DNA of 64,000 nt from Octopus vulgaris (GCA_951406725.2 OX597831.1:44144001-44208000); one strand, 5' to 3'; numbered from the stretch's first letter, positions 43,951 to 58,477 are shown. The notes: generated from the letters alone by a model not told the origin. Program-made: numbers and translations.

Positions 43951-44732
43951 CACCCTCCACAGCTTTAAATGACTCCCTTAAATTGCACCTTATACATATC
44001 CCTTCTTATTTGCACAATATTGATTGCCTCCTGTCTCCTACCGCTACCGACTTTCACCCCCCCCCCCCTCTATCTACCAAACTATCTACCTCTATTTTTA
44101 GTTCCTCCTCCTCCTCCTCCTCCTCCTCTCTCTCCCTCTCTCTTTCTCCCGCTCCCTTTTTTCCTTGTTTCAGTCTTTCAGTCTTTCTGTCGGCGGCCTT
44201 GCAGCCCCCTCCCTCCGCCTTTCTCCTTTCTCGCTCTGACTCTCTCTTCATTCTCTGTGCTATGCTTAATTTACTTATCGCTTGGTATGTATGTATGTTG
44301 ACACCATGCATACAAGGGGAGGGAAGTAGCTAAGTGGACGATCATTCGACCGGCTAAAAATAGCAGTCGAATTGTTATCCTTCAAATCAAATATCACACA
44401 TGTAAAAACAAAACAAAACAAAACAAAACAAAACAAACCAAAAAAAAAAAGAAATTCTTACTGTCTCTTAGAAAGAAAAAAAGAAAGAAAGAAAGAAAGA
44501 AAAAAAAAAGACAAACACGCAAACAAAAACAAATAAGCAAAAGAAAAATGTGACGGGGTCGGATAATGTGGTGCTGGGTTCTAAGGACACTAAAAGAAAA
44601 ACAGATCAGAAGCTAACCTGGGGCTCAACAACAACAAAAACAACACAAATATAAATATATGTGTGCGTGTTTGCGTGCATGCATGTTTGTGTGTGTGTGT
44701 GTGTGTGAATGCATGCATGTATGTGTGTGCAA

Positions 44733-44773
<41 letters not shown>

Positions 44774-44821
44774 TGTACTTGTATGTATATGTGCGTGTAT
44801 GTGTGTGTGTGCGTGAATATG

Positions 44822-44856
<35 letters not shown>

Positions 44857-44868
44857 GTATATGTATAT

Positions 44869-45011
<143 letters not shown>

Positions 45012-45802
45012 CATGTATGCATGTATATATAATTTATATATACATGCATGCATGCATAAACACACTCGCCGGCGTGCCACCGAGCGTCCGACATTAGTGA
45101 CCCTTAAGCAACCAACCAAACATCCATTGTGACCAGCCATTCAATAAAACTACCCATCTACCACGCACCCATCCACCCCAACCTCAATCCATCCTTCCGT
45201 TCCTCCATCCACCCCACCATCCATTTATTTATCCATCCAGTAAAACTACCCATCCAACCAGTAAACTACCCCCCCCCCCCCTTACACCATCCATCGATCT
45301 ATCCCGCCATCTATCCATCAGTCCATCAATCCATCCATCCATCCATCTATCCATCCATCCAGTAAAGCTACCCACTTACCCAAGCCGAGCCATCCAACAA
45401 GACCATCCGACCAACCAGCCGACCGTCCGACCAACCGACCGACCTACCGACCGACCGACCGACCGACCGGCCAACTAGCTAAACAACAAGCCAGCCAACA
45501 AACCAACAAGCCCCAACGTTCGACCCAACGATGGTTGTCATCATTAAAAACTTCCCTCTCTTAATAAATAAAAGCAGGGGCTGCTGTTTCAATATTAGGC
45601 AGAATGGAAAGAGAAGGGGGTAAAAAGAAATGAAAGGCAAAACAACCAATGGAAAAGAAACAAGCGGGTCCAGTGCTAAAAACTTAAACAGTAATATTAA
45701 AGATGTCTTATTTAAAACACTTTTAAAGCCTGTCCGCCGTCGCTATCTGCGACATCGCTACTTTCACCGCCGTCATCATCAGCATCATCTTTACTACCGA
45801 AC

Positions 45803-45873
<71 letters not shown>

Positions 45874-46258
45874 GTAAAACAAAAACGAAGTATATAAAAC
45901 AAACAAAAAAATAGAGAAACTGAAGTAAAAAATAAAATATAATGAAATACAAATACTACCTCGCCGATCTCGCCTTTTACTTTTTTTCTTTTTTTTACTA
46001 ATATTTTTTCGATTTCTCTCTCCCAGTAAGTAACAGATTTTTATCGAAAAAAAAAAAGAAGGCTGATTTAATAAAAATATGGTGTGTGTGTGTTTGTTTG
46101 TGTGTGTATATATATATATAAATAAATAGATAGATTGATATATCCGTGCATATAAACATACATTTATAAATACATATATACATATACGTACGTATATTTC
46201 TACACCCATACACATATGTGTATATATATATATATATATATACACATATATATAATAA

Positions 46259-46303
<45 letters not shown>

Positions 46304-46306
46304 TAC

Positions 46307-46432
<126 letters not shown>

Positions 46433-46494
46433 ATATATATAAGTATATATATATACATATATACATATAGGTACACACACAGTGTGTGTGTTGT

Positions 46495-46544
<50 letters not shown>

Positions 46545-46637
46545 ATATAAATTAACAAAGAATCTGCGAAAGAAATAAAATATACAACTTTCTTGAAATC
46601 CAGGTTTTAAAAACTTCAGAAATATTATTGAATTTGG

Positions 46638-46706
<69 letters not shown>

Positions 46707-46748
46707 TATATCTACATGTGAGTATGACTGTATATTTATGTGATTTTA

Positions 46749-46783
<35 letters not shown>

Positions 46784-47011
46784 TTGGATTCATGTAAGTG
46801 TTTGGGTGTTTTATTTTTAATTATTTTCATTTATTTATTTATTCCTTATTTTTTGGTTATATTTAATCTTGATCCCTTAACCAAAAACTTAATCACATTA
46901 ATATATATCGGAATACGAAATAAGTATTTTTTTTACCCATTTTTTATTTGCAAGTTTGTACATCCATACATACGCACTTACATACTTACATACAAACATT
47001 CATATACTTAC

Positions 47012-47056
<45 letters not shown>

Positions 47057-47086
47057 ACTGTATACATATCTATATGTATGTGTGTG

Positions 47087-47128
<42 letters not shown>

Positions 47129-47130
47129 CA

Positions 47131-47183
<53 letters not shown>

Positions 47184-48068
47184 ATATGTATACACTTATA
47201 TATAAATATATATATATGTACACTTATATATATATATATATATATATATATAAGTATTGCTATACAGTATTTCGTTTATTCCGCTATTATACTTATTTAT
47301 TTTCTAACATTTGATATTTGGAAATTCCTATTCGCAGACTCTTCATCCCATCCCCCCACCCCAACCCCCCCCCTCGAGCCAGCACCCTCCGTTCAACTCC
47401 CCGCCCCCCCACGCCCCACGCCACACCACACTCCAAGCTTCCCGATCATCCAATGTGCGAGGAAGATCTAAGGGGGATTTCAAAGTTAATAATGGTCAAA
47501 ATGCGATCGTAGAGGCAGTTTATCGCTAAACTATTAACAGATATAACGTAATATACTGAATGTGGCGAACAATAATTGAACTCCCCTATATCATGGAAAT
47601 AGCGCCCTGCCTGATGTCTTACAACTTAATAAAGGGGCCTTTATTCTTATTTTAATGAAAATTCACAGAAAATTCGCACATTTCCGCGAAATTGCTACAT
47701 TAAGTTTTAACATTGGCAACCTGAGTTGGTTATTTTTCTACAAACCTTATATAACAAGATCGTTTATATTTAATTCTTTAGGTGCGGTAGAGGTAGAAAA
47801 TATGGTTATTAAAAAAAAAAAAAAGGAAGAAGAAGAAGAAGAAAAAGAAGAAAATAAGAAACAAGAAGAAGAATAAAAAAAAATGATTTGGTTACTGTTA
47901 CGGACTTTTTATGGAGACGGGCATAGCGCACACACAAACACACACAAGCACACAGATTAGTGACTCTCTTTCTCTCTCTCTCTCTCTTTCACTTTCACTT
48001 TCACTTTAACCATGGATCAAACTATATTCCTCTCTTTCTCTGTCTTCCTCTTTCACTCACTCACACAC

Positions 48069-48130
<62 letters not shown>

Positions 48131-48247
48131 AACATGGATCAAATTACTTCCCTATGTGCTTGTTTGTACGTGTGTTTAAGAATATATATATATATATATA
48201 TATGCATGCACGTAATATATCTATATGTATATATGTGTATATATGTG

Positions 48248-48300
<53 letters not shown>

Positions 48301-48400
48301 GTGCGTGTGTGTATTTAATAAGTGCCAGTGCACGAAACTCTCGACCTCTCAGTCATTCTGTAACTTCTGCCAGTTGTTACTAATATATATATATATATAT

Positions 48401-48508
<108 letters not shown>

Positions 48509-48527
48509 TACATATACATACTATATA

Positions 48528-48623
<96 letters not shown>

Positions 48624-48650
48624 ATGTATATATATATGTATATAAATACA

Positions 48651-48695
<45 letters not shown>

Positions 48696-49429
48696 CTTCC
48701 AGTTTGCATCACCAAACGTGTGTGTGTGTATGCATGTGTGTATACATGTATCCATCCATCCATCCATCCATCCATCCATACATACATATATACGTACATA
48801 GATACATACATACATACATACATACATACATACATACATACATACACATTTATAAATTGTTCTAATCCTTTGTTTCTCAGTTTTTCTCTCCCTCTAAGGC
48901 GGCAAGCTGGTAGAAACGTTAGCAGATTGGGCGAAATGCTTAGCAGTATTTCGTCTGTCTTGACGTTCTGAGTTCAAATTCCACCGAAATTCCGTCGAGC
49001 TCGACTTTGCCTTTCATCCTTCCGGGATCGATAAATTAAGTGCCAGTTGCGTGCTGGGGTCGATCTAATCGACTGGCCCGCTCCCCCAAAATTTCGGGCT
49101 TTGTGCCTAAAATAGAAAATATTCTTTCTACGTTTTTTAGGCGGTGAGCTGGCAGAAACGTTAGCACACCGGGCGAAATGCTTTGCGGTATTTCGTCTAT
49201 CTTTACGTTCTGAGTTCAAATTCCACCGAGGTTCACTTTATCTTACATCCTTTCAGAATCGATAAATTAAGTACCAGTTGCGTACTGAGGTCGATCTAAT
49301 CGACTAGCCCGCTCCCCCAAAACTTCGGGCCTTGTGCCTAGAGTAGAAACGAACTTTCCTCTCCCTCTCTCTCTATCTACCTATCTATCTACCAATCTAT
49401 CTAACTCTAACTCTCTTTCTCTCTTTCTG

Positions 49430-49500
<71 letters not shown>

Positions 49501-50034
49501 GGATTTCACTATTATTCTATCAATCAATATACTGTGGTATGCATTCAATCCTTTTTCGATATCATCATAATTGCTGATTCTGTCGTGTATTTGTCGTTTG
49601 TATCCACGGAACTTGCGTTCAATTCTAGACGCAAGATTTTATATATATAAAAGAAAATTATGCGTCATTCGGGTGTCCGAGACGTTTAGGTAGCTAAAGG
49701 TACAGCACCTTGCCATGCCATTCACTCCCTAAGCGGGCCATCAGTCCGTCTCAGACTTAATAGTCACCTGCGCACGTAGTTGCTTTTGATGCTAGTTTCC
49801 TGTTCAGTAAATTGGAGCAACATTTAAGTGAAGAGCCTTGCTCAAGGACACATCACGCCACCTGGTTCGAGAATCGGACACCTTGGGCAAATATCTCCGA
49901 GTATTGTCTCGGGTCGACGATATCTCCTAGTATTGTCTCGGGGTGACAGGATTTGGTATATAATATTTTTTCAGAATGAGATAAAAAAAAAAAAACCAAG
50001 GCTGCGAAGATTTTAGAACATTTATAAATAGAAG

Positions 50035-50082
50035 GTCTTACAGCTGTTTCCAGGATATTTATTATATTCCTTCATCGGAGAC
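50035..50082 (-). ncRNA. Minimal hammerhead-like motif, CCGAUGA core
   Basis: Minus strand: GTCT CCGATGA AGGAATAT-AATAA-ATATCCT G GAAA CAGCTG TA AGAC. 4 bp stem I and palindromic ACAGCTGT. Confidence 0.65.
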
Positions 50083-50701
50083 GGTGTGAGAATATGGTTA
50101 AGCAATAGTTAATTTAGATAAGATACGAAATAGAGAGTGAAGTGGAGGAATGAAAATAGATGTGCGATATGCAGGGATATTGCATTTGTAGATCCATTGT
50201 TTTGGCAGAATGGTATACATATAAGATTCCAATACCTTGTGGGTAAAATCCAATAGTATCTAAAATTGGTCATTCCAAGTATAGAGTTTGTGTGCTATTG
50301 AATTAAGGGTTTTATTTAAAGTGACCTAAAAGTAGGGGAATGTATTTGTAACGTCAAATCGAAAACAGGAAGGGAAGAATAAAGAAAAAGAGAAAAAAGG
50401 AAAAGAGAAAAACAAGGAGAGAGATAATAAGGGAAATGTATCATTTAGTGGTCAGACAAGATAATTTGAAAGTAGGAATGGGGAGATGGGGGTGATAGAG
50501 AGAGAAAGAATGACCAATTTTAAATACTATTGGATTTTACTCACAAGGTATTGGAATCTTATATGTATACCATTCTGCCTAAATAATGGATCAACAAATG
50601 CAATATCCCTGCATATCTCACATCAATTTTAATTCCTCCACTTCACTCTCTATTTCGTATCTTATCTAAATTAACTATTGCTTAACTATTTCCTCACTCC
50701 A

Positions 50702-50747
50702 TCTCCGATGAAGGGATATAATAAATATCCTGGAAACAGCTGTAAGA
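50702..50747 (+). ncRNA. Minimal hammerhead-like motif, CCGAUGA core (inverted partner)
   Basis: TCT CCGATGA A GGGATAT-AATAA-ATATCCT G GAAA CAGCTG TA AGA. Confidence 0.65.
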
Positions 50748-51445
50748 CCTATTATAAATGTTCTAAAATGTTCTAAAATCTTCACAGCCTTGGTTTTTTA
50801 TCTCATACTGAAAAAAAAAAAAAGAAAATTTATTTATATATACACATGTTAATATATGACCTACGTTGGACTCCTTGTTCGCATAATCACCGAAACAGTT
50901 CGCATAATCACTGGAAATAGCTGTAAGACCTTCTATTTATAAATGTTCTAAAATCTTCGCAGCCTTGGTTTTCTTTTATCTCATTCTGAAAAAAAATTAT
51001 ATACCAAATCCAGTCACAAGGCTTTCGTCGACCCGAGACAATACTAGGAGATATTTTCCCAAGGTGTCCGATTCTCGAACCAGGTGGCGTGTTGTTTCCT
51101 TGAGCAGGGCTCTTCACTTAAACGTTGCTCCAATTTACTGAACAGGAAACGAGCATCAATAGCAACTACGTGTGCAGGTGACTATTAAGTCTGAGACGGA
51201 TTGATGGCCCGTTTAGGAAGTGAATGGCATGGCGAGGTGCTGTACCTTTAGCTACCTAAACGTCTCGGACACCCGAATGACGCATAATTTTCTTTTTATA
51301 TATATAAAATCTTGCGTCTAGAATTGAACGCAAGTTCCGTGGATACAAACGACAAATACACGACAGAATCAGCAATTATGATGATATCGAAAAAGGATTG
51401 AATGCATATCACAGTATATTGATTGATAGAATAATAGTGAAATCC

Positions 51446-51504
<59 letters not shown>

Positions 51505-52224
51505 AAGAGAGAGAGAAAGAGAGAAAGAGAGTTAGAGTTAGATAGATTGGTAGATAGATAGGTAGATAGAGAGAGAGGGAGAGAAAAATTCGTTTCTACT
51601 CTAGGCACAAGGCCCGAAGTTTTGGGGGAGCGGTCCAGTCGATTAGATCGACCCCAGTACGCAACTGGCACTTAATTTATCGACCCCGGAAGGATGAAAG
51701 GCAAAGTCGAGCTCGACGGAATTTGAACTCAGAACGTCAAGACAGACGAAATACTGCTAAGCATTTCGCCCAATCTGCTAACGTTTCTACCAGCTTGCCG
51801 CCTTAGAGGGAGAGAAAAACTGAGAAACAAAGGATTAGAACAATCTATAAATGTGTATGTATGTATGTATGTAAATATGGTTGTCAAGCTATGCTGGGGA
51901 GACAAACACAGACACTCAATGATATGCACACACACACACTGATATATATATATAAATATATAATACAGACGTGTTTATATGTTCCAATGTATTTATATAT
52001 GTATATGAAGTATGGTATATCTACTTGGACTTATTGTTTAATTGTGCTTATTTATGTATTTTACACATGTAAATAGTATATACACTTTGCTTATGTATGC
52101 ATATGTGTGTATATATGTATATGTATAGGTCTATATGGATATTTGTTCATATTTTTATATATATCAAATAATACGTGTATCATGTTTAATGTATTAATAT
52201 TAATATTTTTAAAGTTCCTTATAA

Positions 52225-52356
52225 CCTCTGACGAGGCCTATGGTTATATATATAAGTACATTATTTTTAAATGCCTACAACCTCATTGTGTTGACAACTA
52301 TAGGCAATAAAAATAAAATGAACTAATTTTAGCCATAGGCTGAAACAGCTGTAAGA
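52225..52356 (+). ncRNA. Type-I hammerhead ribozyme with a long stem II insertion
   Basis: CTGACGA (52228-52234); 12 bp stem II GGCCTATGGTTA/TAGCCATAGGCT enclosing 83 nt; GAAA CAGCTG TA AGA; short stem I. Confidence 0.75.
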
Positions 52357-52718
52357 AGTGGTTTTCATGATTTCAATAATTCATATTATGACTTTTATAA
52401 TTTATATTCTTATCTTATATGTATTGAATTATAAGATATATATGTATGCTATTGAGGTTCTCATTTTGTTAAATGAATAAATAATCCAACATTCTAATAT
52501 CCGAAAGCTGATGAACAAACTAAATTTGTTTCTCCATTGTCTTATTTGTATAATAAATTTACGGTAAAAATATTTCTTTACCTTCACCCGTTTAATGCAT
52601 TAAATGAGTTAATTGCATTGCAATTAAAACCATTTATGTATTAAGGGTCTGGGTACTTTACCAACAGTATATTGGATAAATACTATCCCATAGTGGGTTA
52701 CACCCATAACCCCATCTT

Positions 52719-52761
<43 letters not shown>

Positions 52762-52955
52762 ATTAAGGGCTCAGTAAAATAATTTACTTTGCCACATGCT
52801 ATATATATATATATATATATAAATATATATGTAGGTCCCGGGTTGAGTCGGAGTTAACCACAGTAAATAAAGTACTCAATACATAGCAGAGTAAATTAAT
52901 TTATTTTATAGAAGGAGCTTCTACAGGACTAGAGCTGTTTCATTCAAAAGAAATC

Positions 52956-53024
<69 letters not shown>

Positions 53025-53029
<5 letters not shown>

Positions 53030-53120
53030 TTTTATTCTTTTACTTGTTTCAGTCATTAGACTGCGGCCAAGCTGGGACACGGCCTTGAAATTTTAGTCGA
53101 ATGAATCAACGTCAGTACTT

Positions 53121-53194
<74 letters not shown>

Positions 53195-53765
53195 GCCTGT
53201 TGCTTATGCCGAAACGCTCAGTTACAGATACGCGAACACCGGTTGTCGATCGGAGGTAGGGGACAAAAACAGACACAAAGACACGCACTGCCAGCGCCGC
53301 CTCGACTGGCTTCCGTGCTGGTGGCACATAAAATACACCAATCCGACCGTGGCCGTTGCCAGCCTCGCCTGGCACCTGTGCAGGTGGCACGTAAAAAGCA
53401 CCCACTACACTCACGGAGTGGTTGGCGTTAGGAAGGGCATCCAGCTGTAGAAACACTGCCAGTTCAGACTGGAGCCTGGTGCAGCCTCCTGGCTTCCCAG
53501 ATCCCCGGTCGAACCGTCCAACCCATGCTAGCATGGAGAACGGACGTTAAACGATGATGATGATGATGATGATGATGATATATATATATATCATCATCAT
53601 CATCATATATATATATATATATTTATATGACAGGCTTCTTTCAGTTTCTGTCTACCAAATCTACTCACAAGGCTTTGGTCGGTCGAACGCTATAGTAGAA
53701 GATATTTGCCCGAGGTACCATTCAATGGGATTTAAACCCGGAGCCATATGGTTGGGAAGCAAATG
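53025..53765 (-). mobile_element. SINE family B split by a plus-strand insert
   Basis: Tail 53025-53285, head 53625-53765. Confidence 0.7.
53284..53578 (+). mobile_element. 3' end of a retroposon (RTE-related tail) ending in (GAT)n
   Basis: GGTTGGCGTTAGGAAGGGCATCCAGCTGTA motif; terminal GGACGTTAAAC(GAT)n. Confidence 0.65.
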
Positions 53766-54939
53766 TGCGTGTGTATATTCGCCTCCCACCGCTGCTTGAC
53801 AACCGGTGTTGGTGTGTTTACGCCCCCGTTATATAGCGGTTCGGCAAAAGCGTCTGATAGAACAAGTACTAGGCTGATGAAAGAAAAAAGTATTGGGGTC
53901 AATTCGTTCGATATAAATTCTTTCAAGGTAGTGCCCCAGTATGGCCGGAGTTTATTGACTGAAACAAGCACAAAATGAAAGAAAGCATATACTAAAATTA
54001 CTAAAGTAGAAAGAGGGAGAAAGGGAGAGAGAGACGGAGAGAGAGACGGAGTGAGAGAGAAGGAGGGAGAGCAGGAAAGAGAGAAGGGGAGAGAGAAAGA
54101 GAGAGAGAGGCAGACAGACAGACAGACAGACAGAAAGACTGACAGACACATACACAGACATACACACATCACACACGAGTACATACATTCACACACTAAG
54201 ACTTGAGAGCGAATTTGGATAGCCGGAAACTGTAGAGAAACCCGTCGAATGCACTGTACCTAGAATCGAAAGGCCCAGCCTTATCACACGTGCGTCAGCT
54301 TCGTTATGAGTGCATGTATCTGTGGAATACTCAACCACCTTGCATGCTAATTCAATGAATAGTATATCCAGTTGATGGAGAAAATGGACGGTCATATCTA
54401 GGAACTGTCATCAGAGTCCTTCACCGTCAGTACTATGTGTGTGTGAATGTGTGTGCTTGTGCGAGTGTGTGTGTGAGAGAGAGAGAGTATCTCTATTGTG
54501 TATGAGTGTGAGTGAGAGTGAAAGTGTGTGTGGATGTGAGTGTGTGTGTGTGAGAGAGAGAGTGTGTGAGTGAAGGTGAAAGTGTGTGTGTATGTATGTG
54601 TATGTTTGTGTGTATACGTGTGTGTATACGTATGTGTATGTGTGTATTTACGCATTATTTGAGAATATCAATTCTTGTCGGACAATTGCAGGAGTGTAAG
54701 TTATGATTCTGCCTTTCATATTTCGGTATCTACATTGAAATGAAAGCCAGGTTTTGTTGATGAGGTCAGAATAAAACCAAAACAAGTCCAAAGGTGTTTC
54801 TATTAACTGCCACTAAAAAATGAAAATATTAATTATCGACTAATTTTGTTTCATATTCCTCTTCACAAATGATTTCTGCATTAAATATGCTATCACTAAC
54901 GTTGTTGTATTTCTTCCTCTCTATCTCGCTATATACTTT

Positions 54940-56233
54940 TCCACTCTAAATGCAAGGCCCGAAATTTTTTGCGGGGCCAGTCGATTAGATCGACTTCAGT
55001 ATGCAACTGGTAGTTAATTTATCAACCACGAAAGGATGAAAAGCAAAGTCGACCTCGGTGGAATTTGAACTCGGAACATAAAGAGAAACGAAATACTGCT
55101 AAGCATTTCGCCTGGTGTGCTAACGTTTCATATTTCTTTACTGCCCTGAAGGGGTTAAACATAGAGAGGACAAACAAGGACAAACAAACGGATTAAGTCG
55201 ATTATATCAACCCCAGTACGAAACTGGTATTTATTTAATCGACACCGAAAGGATGAAAGGCAAAGTCGAGCTCGGCGGAATTTGAACTCAGAACGTAGCG
55301 GCAGACGAAATACCGCTAAGCATTTTGCACGGCGTGCTAACATTTCTTAATTCTTTATTGCCCACAATGGGCTAAACATAAAGGGGACATACAAGGACAG
55401 ACAAAGGGATTAAGTCGATTACATTGACCTCAGTGCGTAACTGGTACTTAATTTATCGACCCCGAAAGGATGAAAAGCTAAGTCGACCTCGGCGGAATTT
55501 GAACTCAGAACGTAGCGGCAGACGAAATACCTATTTCTTTACTACCCACAAGGGGCTAAACACAGAGAGGGCAAACAAGGACAGACAAACAGATTAAGTC
55601 GATTACATCGACCCCAGTGGTTAACTAGTACTTATTTAATCGACCCCGAAAGGATGAAAGGCAAAGTCGGCCTCGGCGGAATTTGAACTCAGAACGTAGC
55701 GGCAGACGAAATACCGCTAAGCATTTCGCCCGGCGTGCTAACGTTTCTTAATACTTTATTGCCCACAAGGGGATAAACATAGAGGGGAGAAGCAAGGACA
55801 GACAAACGGATTAAATTGATTACATCGCTTAATGCGTAACTGGTACTTATTTAATCGACCCCGAAAGGATGAAAAGCAAAGTCGACCTCGGCGGAATTTG
55901 AACTCAGAACGTAGCGGCAGACGAAATACCGCTAAGCATTTCGCCCAGCGTGCTAACGTTTCTGCCAGCTCGCCGTCTTACGTAACGGCAGACGAAATAC
56001 CTATTTCTTTACTACTCACAAGGGGCTAAACACAGAGAGGACAAACAAGGACAGACAAACGGATTAAGTCGATTATATCGACCCCAGTACGTAACTGGTA
56101 CTTAATTTATCGACCCCGAAAGGATGAAAGGCAAAATCGACCTCGGCGGAATTTGAACTCAGAACGTAACAGCAGACGAAATACGGCTACGCATTTCGCC
56201 CCGCGTGCTAACGTTTCTGCCAGCTCGCCACCT
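54940..56233 (-). mobile_element. Head-to-tail array of ~6 SINE family A units
   Basis: GAAAGGATGAAA...GAATTTGAACTC recurs every ~185-240 bp, with junctions near 55130, 55346, 55530, 55748 and 56000. Confidence 0.92.
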
Positions 56234-56240
56234 TAGCATA

Positions 56241-56420
56241 CAGTGGCTACATCTATTGTTGCATTTAACCGTGAGGAGTGTACGTGTCCCGACATTGAAA
56301 CCACTATTATTTGATTTCAATACAGCCTGTACAAGCTCTAGCCTACAACAGACCCAAAAGTTGTATAACCCACACAAAAATTGCCGCCCGGGGCAGACTA
56401 CCCCCCTAGCTACGCTATTG
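56241..56420. mobile_element. Short hAT-like MITE relic
   Basis: Ends CAGTGGCTAC and GCTACGCTATTG, with subterminal GCCGCCCGGGGC. Confidence 0.4.
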
Positions 56421-56759
56421 GTCACGACGACGCCTCAACGACACTATCATGGATTATAGACACTAGGCAAAGAAAGAACCCAACATCCCTCAATACTTGG
56501 TGGCGTCGTAGGAGCGTTGGCGGGACATATGGCATATCTCTGGCATTCTAAACCTTGCAGAACCCTTCCCTGTTCAAAACAAATTAAAAATTGGTTAATT
56601 CGATCACCCAAGAACAAAATGATCCTTTCTGGGATGTTTCCACTCAGTTTCCATTATCATATTTCACCGTGAACTCTACTCAACGTGAGACTATAGTAGA
56701 AGACCTTTGACCAAGGAAGTACGCACAGCCTCATTAAATTCTTGTTTACTAAAAGGCTA

Positions 56760-56850
56760 TTTGTAATGATATTCTTTGTAAGCCTAGTACTTATTCTATC
56801 GGTATTTTTTTGCCAAACCGCTCTGTTACGGAGATGTCAAGCGATGGTGA

Positions 56851-56943
<93 letters not shown>

Positions 56944-57102
56944 CGACGGGCTTCTTTCAGTTTCTGTCAACCAAATCCACTCACAAGGCATTGATCGGTC
57001 AGAGGCTATAGCAGAAAACACTTGCCCAAGGTACCACGTAGTGGGACTGAGCCCAGAACCATGTGGTTGGGAAACAAGCTTCTTACCACACAGTCCACTC
57101 CT
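56760..57102 (-). mobile_element. SINE family B
   Basis: Reverse-complement copy. Confidence 0.85.
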
Positions 57103-57611
57103 ATATATATATATATATATATAAATTAATAAATAAAACATATGCATATATACATACATATATGTACGCACCGACCTCTACATATATATATAAATGCATA
57201 TATGGGTACAGGACACCAAAAACAACGTCGAACACAATGAGAAACGAAAACATAAACACAAAACTAAGGAAATGGACATTTTTCTTAAACAACGAAGAAA
57301 TAGAATACAAGACATACAAGACAAGGAAAATTCCCCTTCTTCAGTCGCCTCTGTTTCATCTACTCCGCGTTACGAAGGTCATGTATATAGCTTGATTATG
57401 TATGTATATATGTATTCAAATTGTGTGTTAGAAGTAGCTTAGTATCAAACATTATCAGTATCGAATACTTAATGTATGTGTGTTGTTAAACGCTTATAGC
57501 CGCAGATTTTAAAAGACGTACAGTATTAAAACATTATATGTCAATGTAGGGCGAAATGAAACCGCTTTGGAGTGAAATAGAATGACAGGCTTTGTTTATT
57601 TTTTTTCTGCT

Positions 57612-58012
57612 CGTGTGGTAAGTAGCTTGCTAACCAACCACATGGTTCCGGGTTCAGTCCTACTGCGTGGCATCTTGGGCAAGTGTCTTCTGCTATAGCC
57701 CCGGGCCGACCAATGCCTTGTGAGTGGATTTGGTAGACGGAAACTGAAAGAAGCCTGTCGTATATATGTATATATATGTATGTGTATGTGTTTGTGTGTC
57801 TGTGGTTTGTACCCCTCGCATTGCTTGACAACTGATGCTGGTGTGCTTACGTCCCCGTCACTTAGCGGTTCGGCAAAAGAGACCGATAGAATAAGTACTG
57901 GGCTTACAAAGAATAAGTCCCGGGGTCGAGTTGCTCGACTAAAGACGGTGCTCCAGCATGGCCGCAGTCAAAATGACTGAAACATTTAAAAAGAGTAAAA
58001 GAGTAAAAGAGA
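57612..58012 (+). mobile_element. SINE family B, young copy
   Basis: Near-identical to 9978-10400; (AGTAAAAG)n tail. Confidence 0.9.
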
Positions 58013-58374
58013 GTCCTTGACGTATACTCGCCCAGCTTCCTGAAATAATTCGAATCGCCAAATAAAATTATATTGAAATAGCGTCTAATATATTTGCGAA
58101 TGTTCGAAAGCGTCGCAAAAATAGAACAAAATACATATTATTTTGTAAGATGTTCAATAATGTAAACGTTATTAGTACCAAATACTTAATTTACTGTTTT
58201 TTTCGATGGCCGGATAACTGAAGAGATGACGACGTGGATTTCCACCCCGACATTTGGAGTGATATCATGGCTACCGAATAATTGTCACATATTACACTTA
58301 CAGATAAATTCCTCTATTTACATAATATCGAGGTCCCTTTCATTCTTTTGTTGTCTTACCTTTTCTATCTATTT

Positions 58375-58477
<103 letters not shown>

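Larger units (their letters stand above)
48830..51870. repeat. Large inverted duplication (outer arms ~48830-50052 and ~50911-51870; inner arms ~49975-50275 and ~50508-50815)
   Basis: Unique segments match as reverse complements, e.g. TTCTAATCCTTTGTTTCTCAG (48860) with CTGAGAAACAAAGGATTAGAA (51820), and 49500-49900 with 51050-51450. Confidence 0.95.

Noticed and set aside
54940-56233. CRISPR-like array
   Set aside because: Units are ~200 bp SINE bodies with no unique spacers, in a eukaryotic context with no cas genes.
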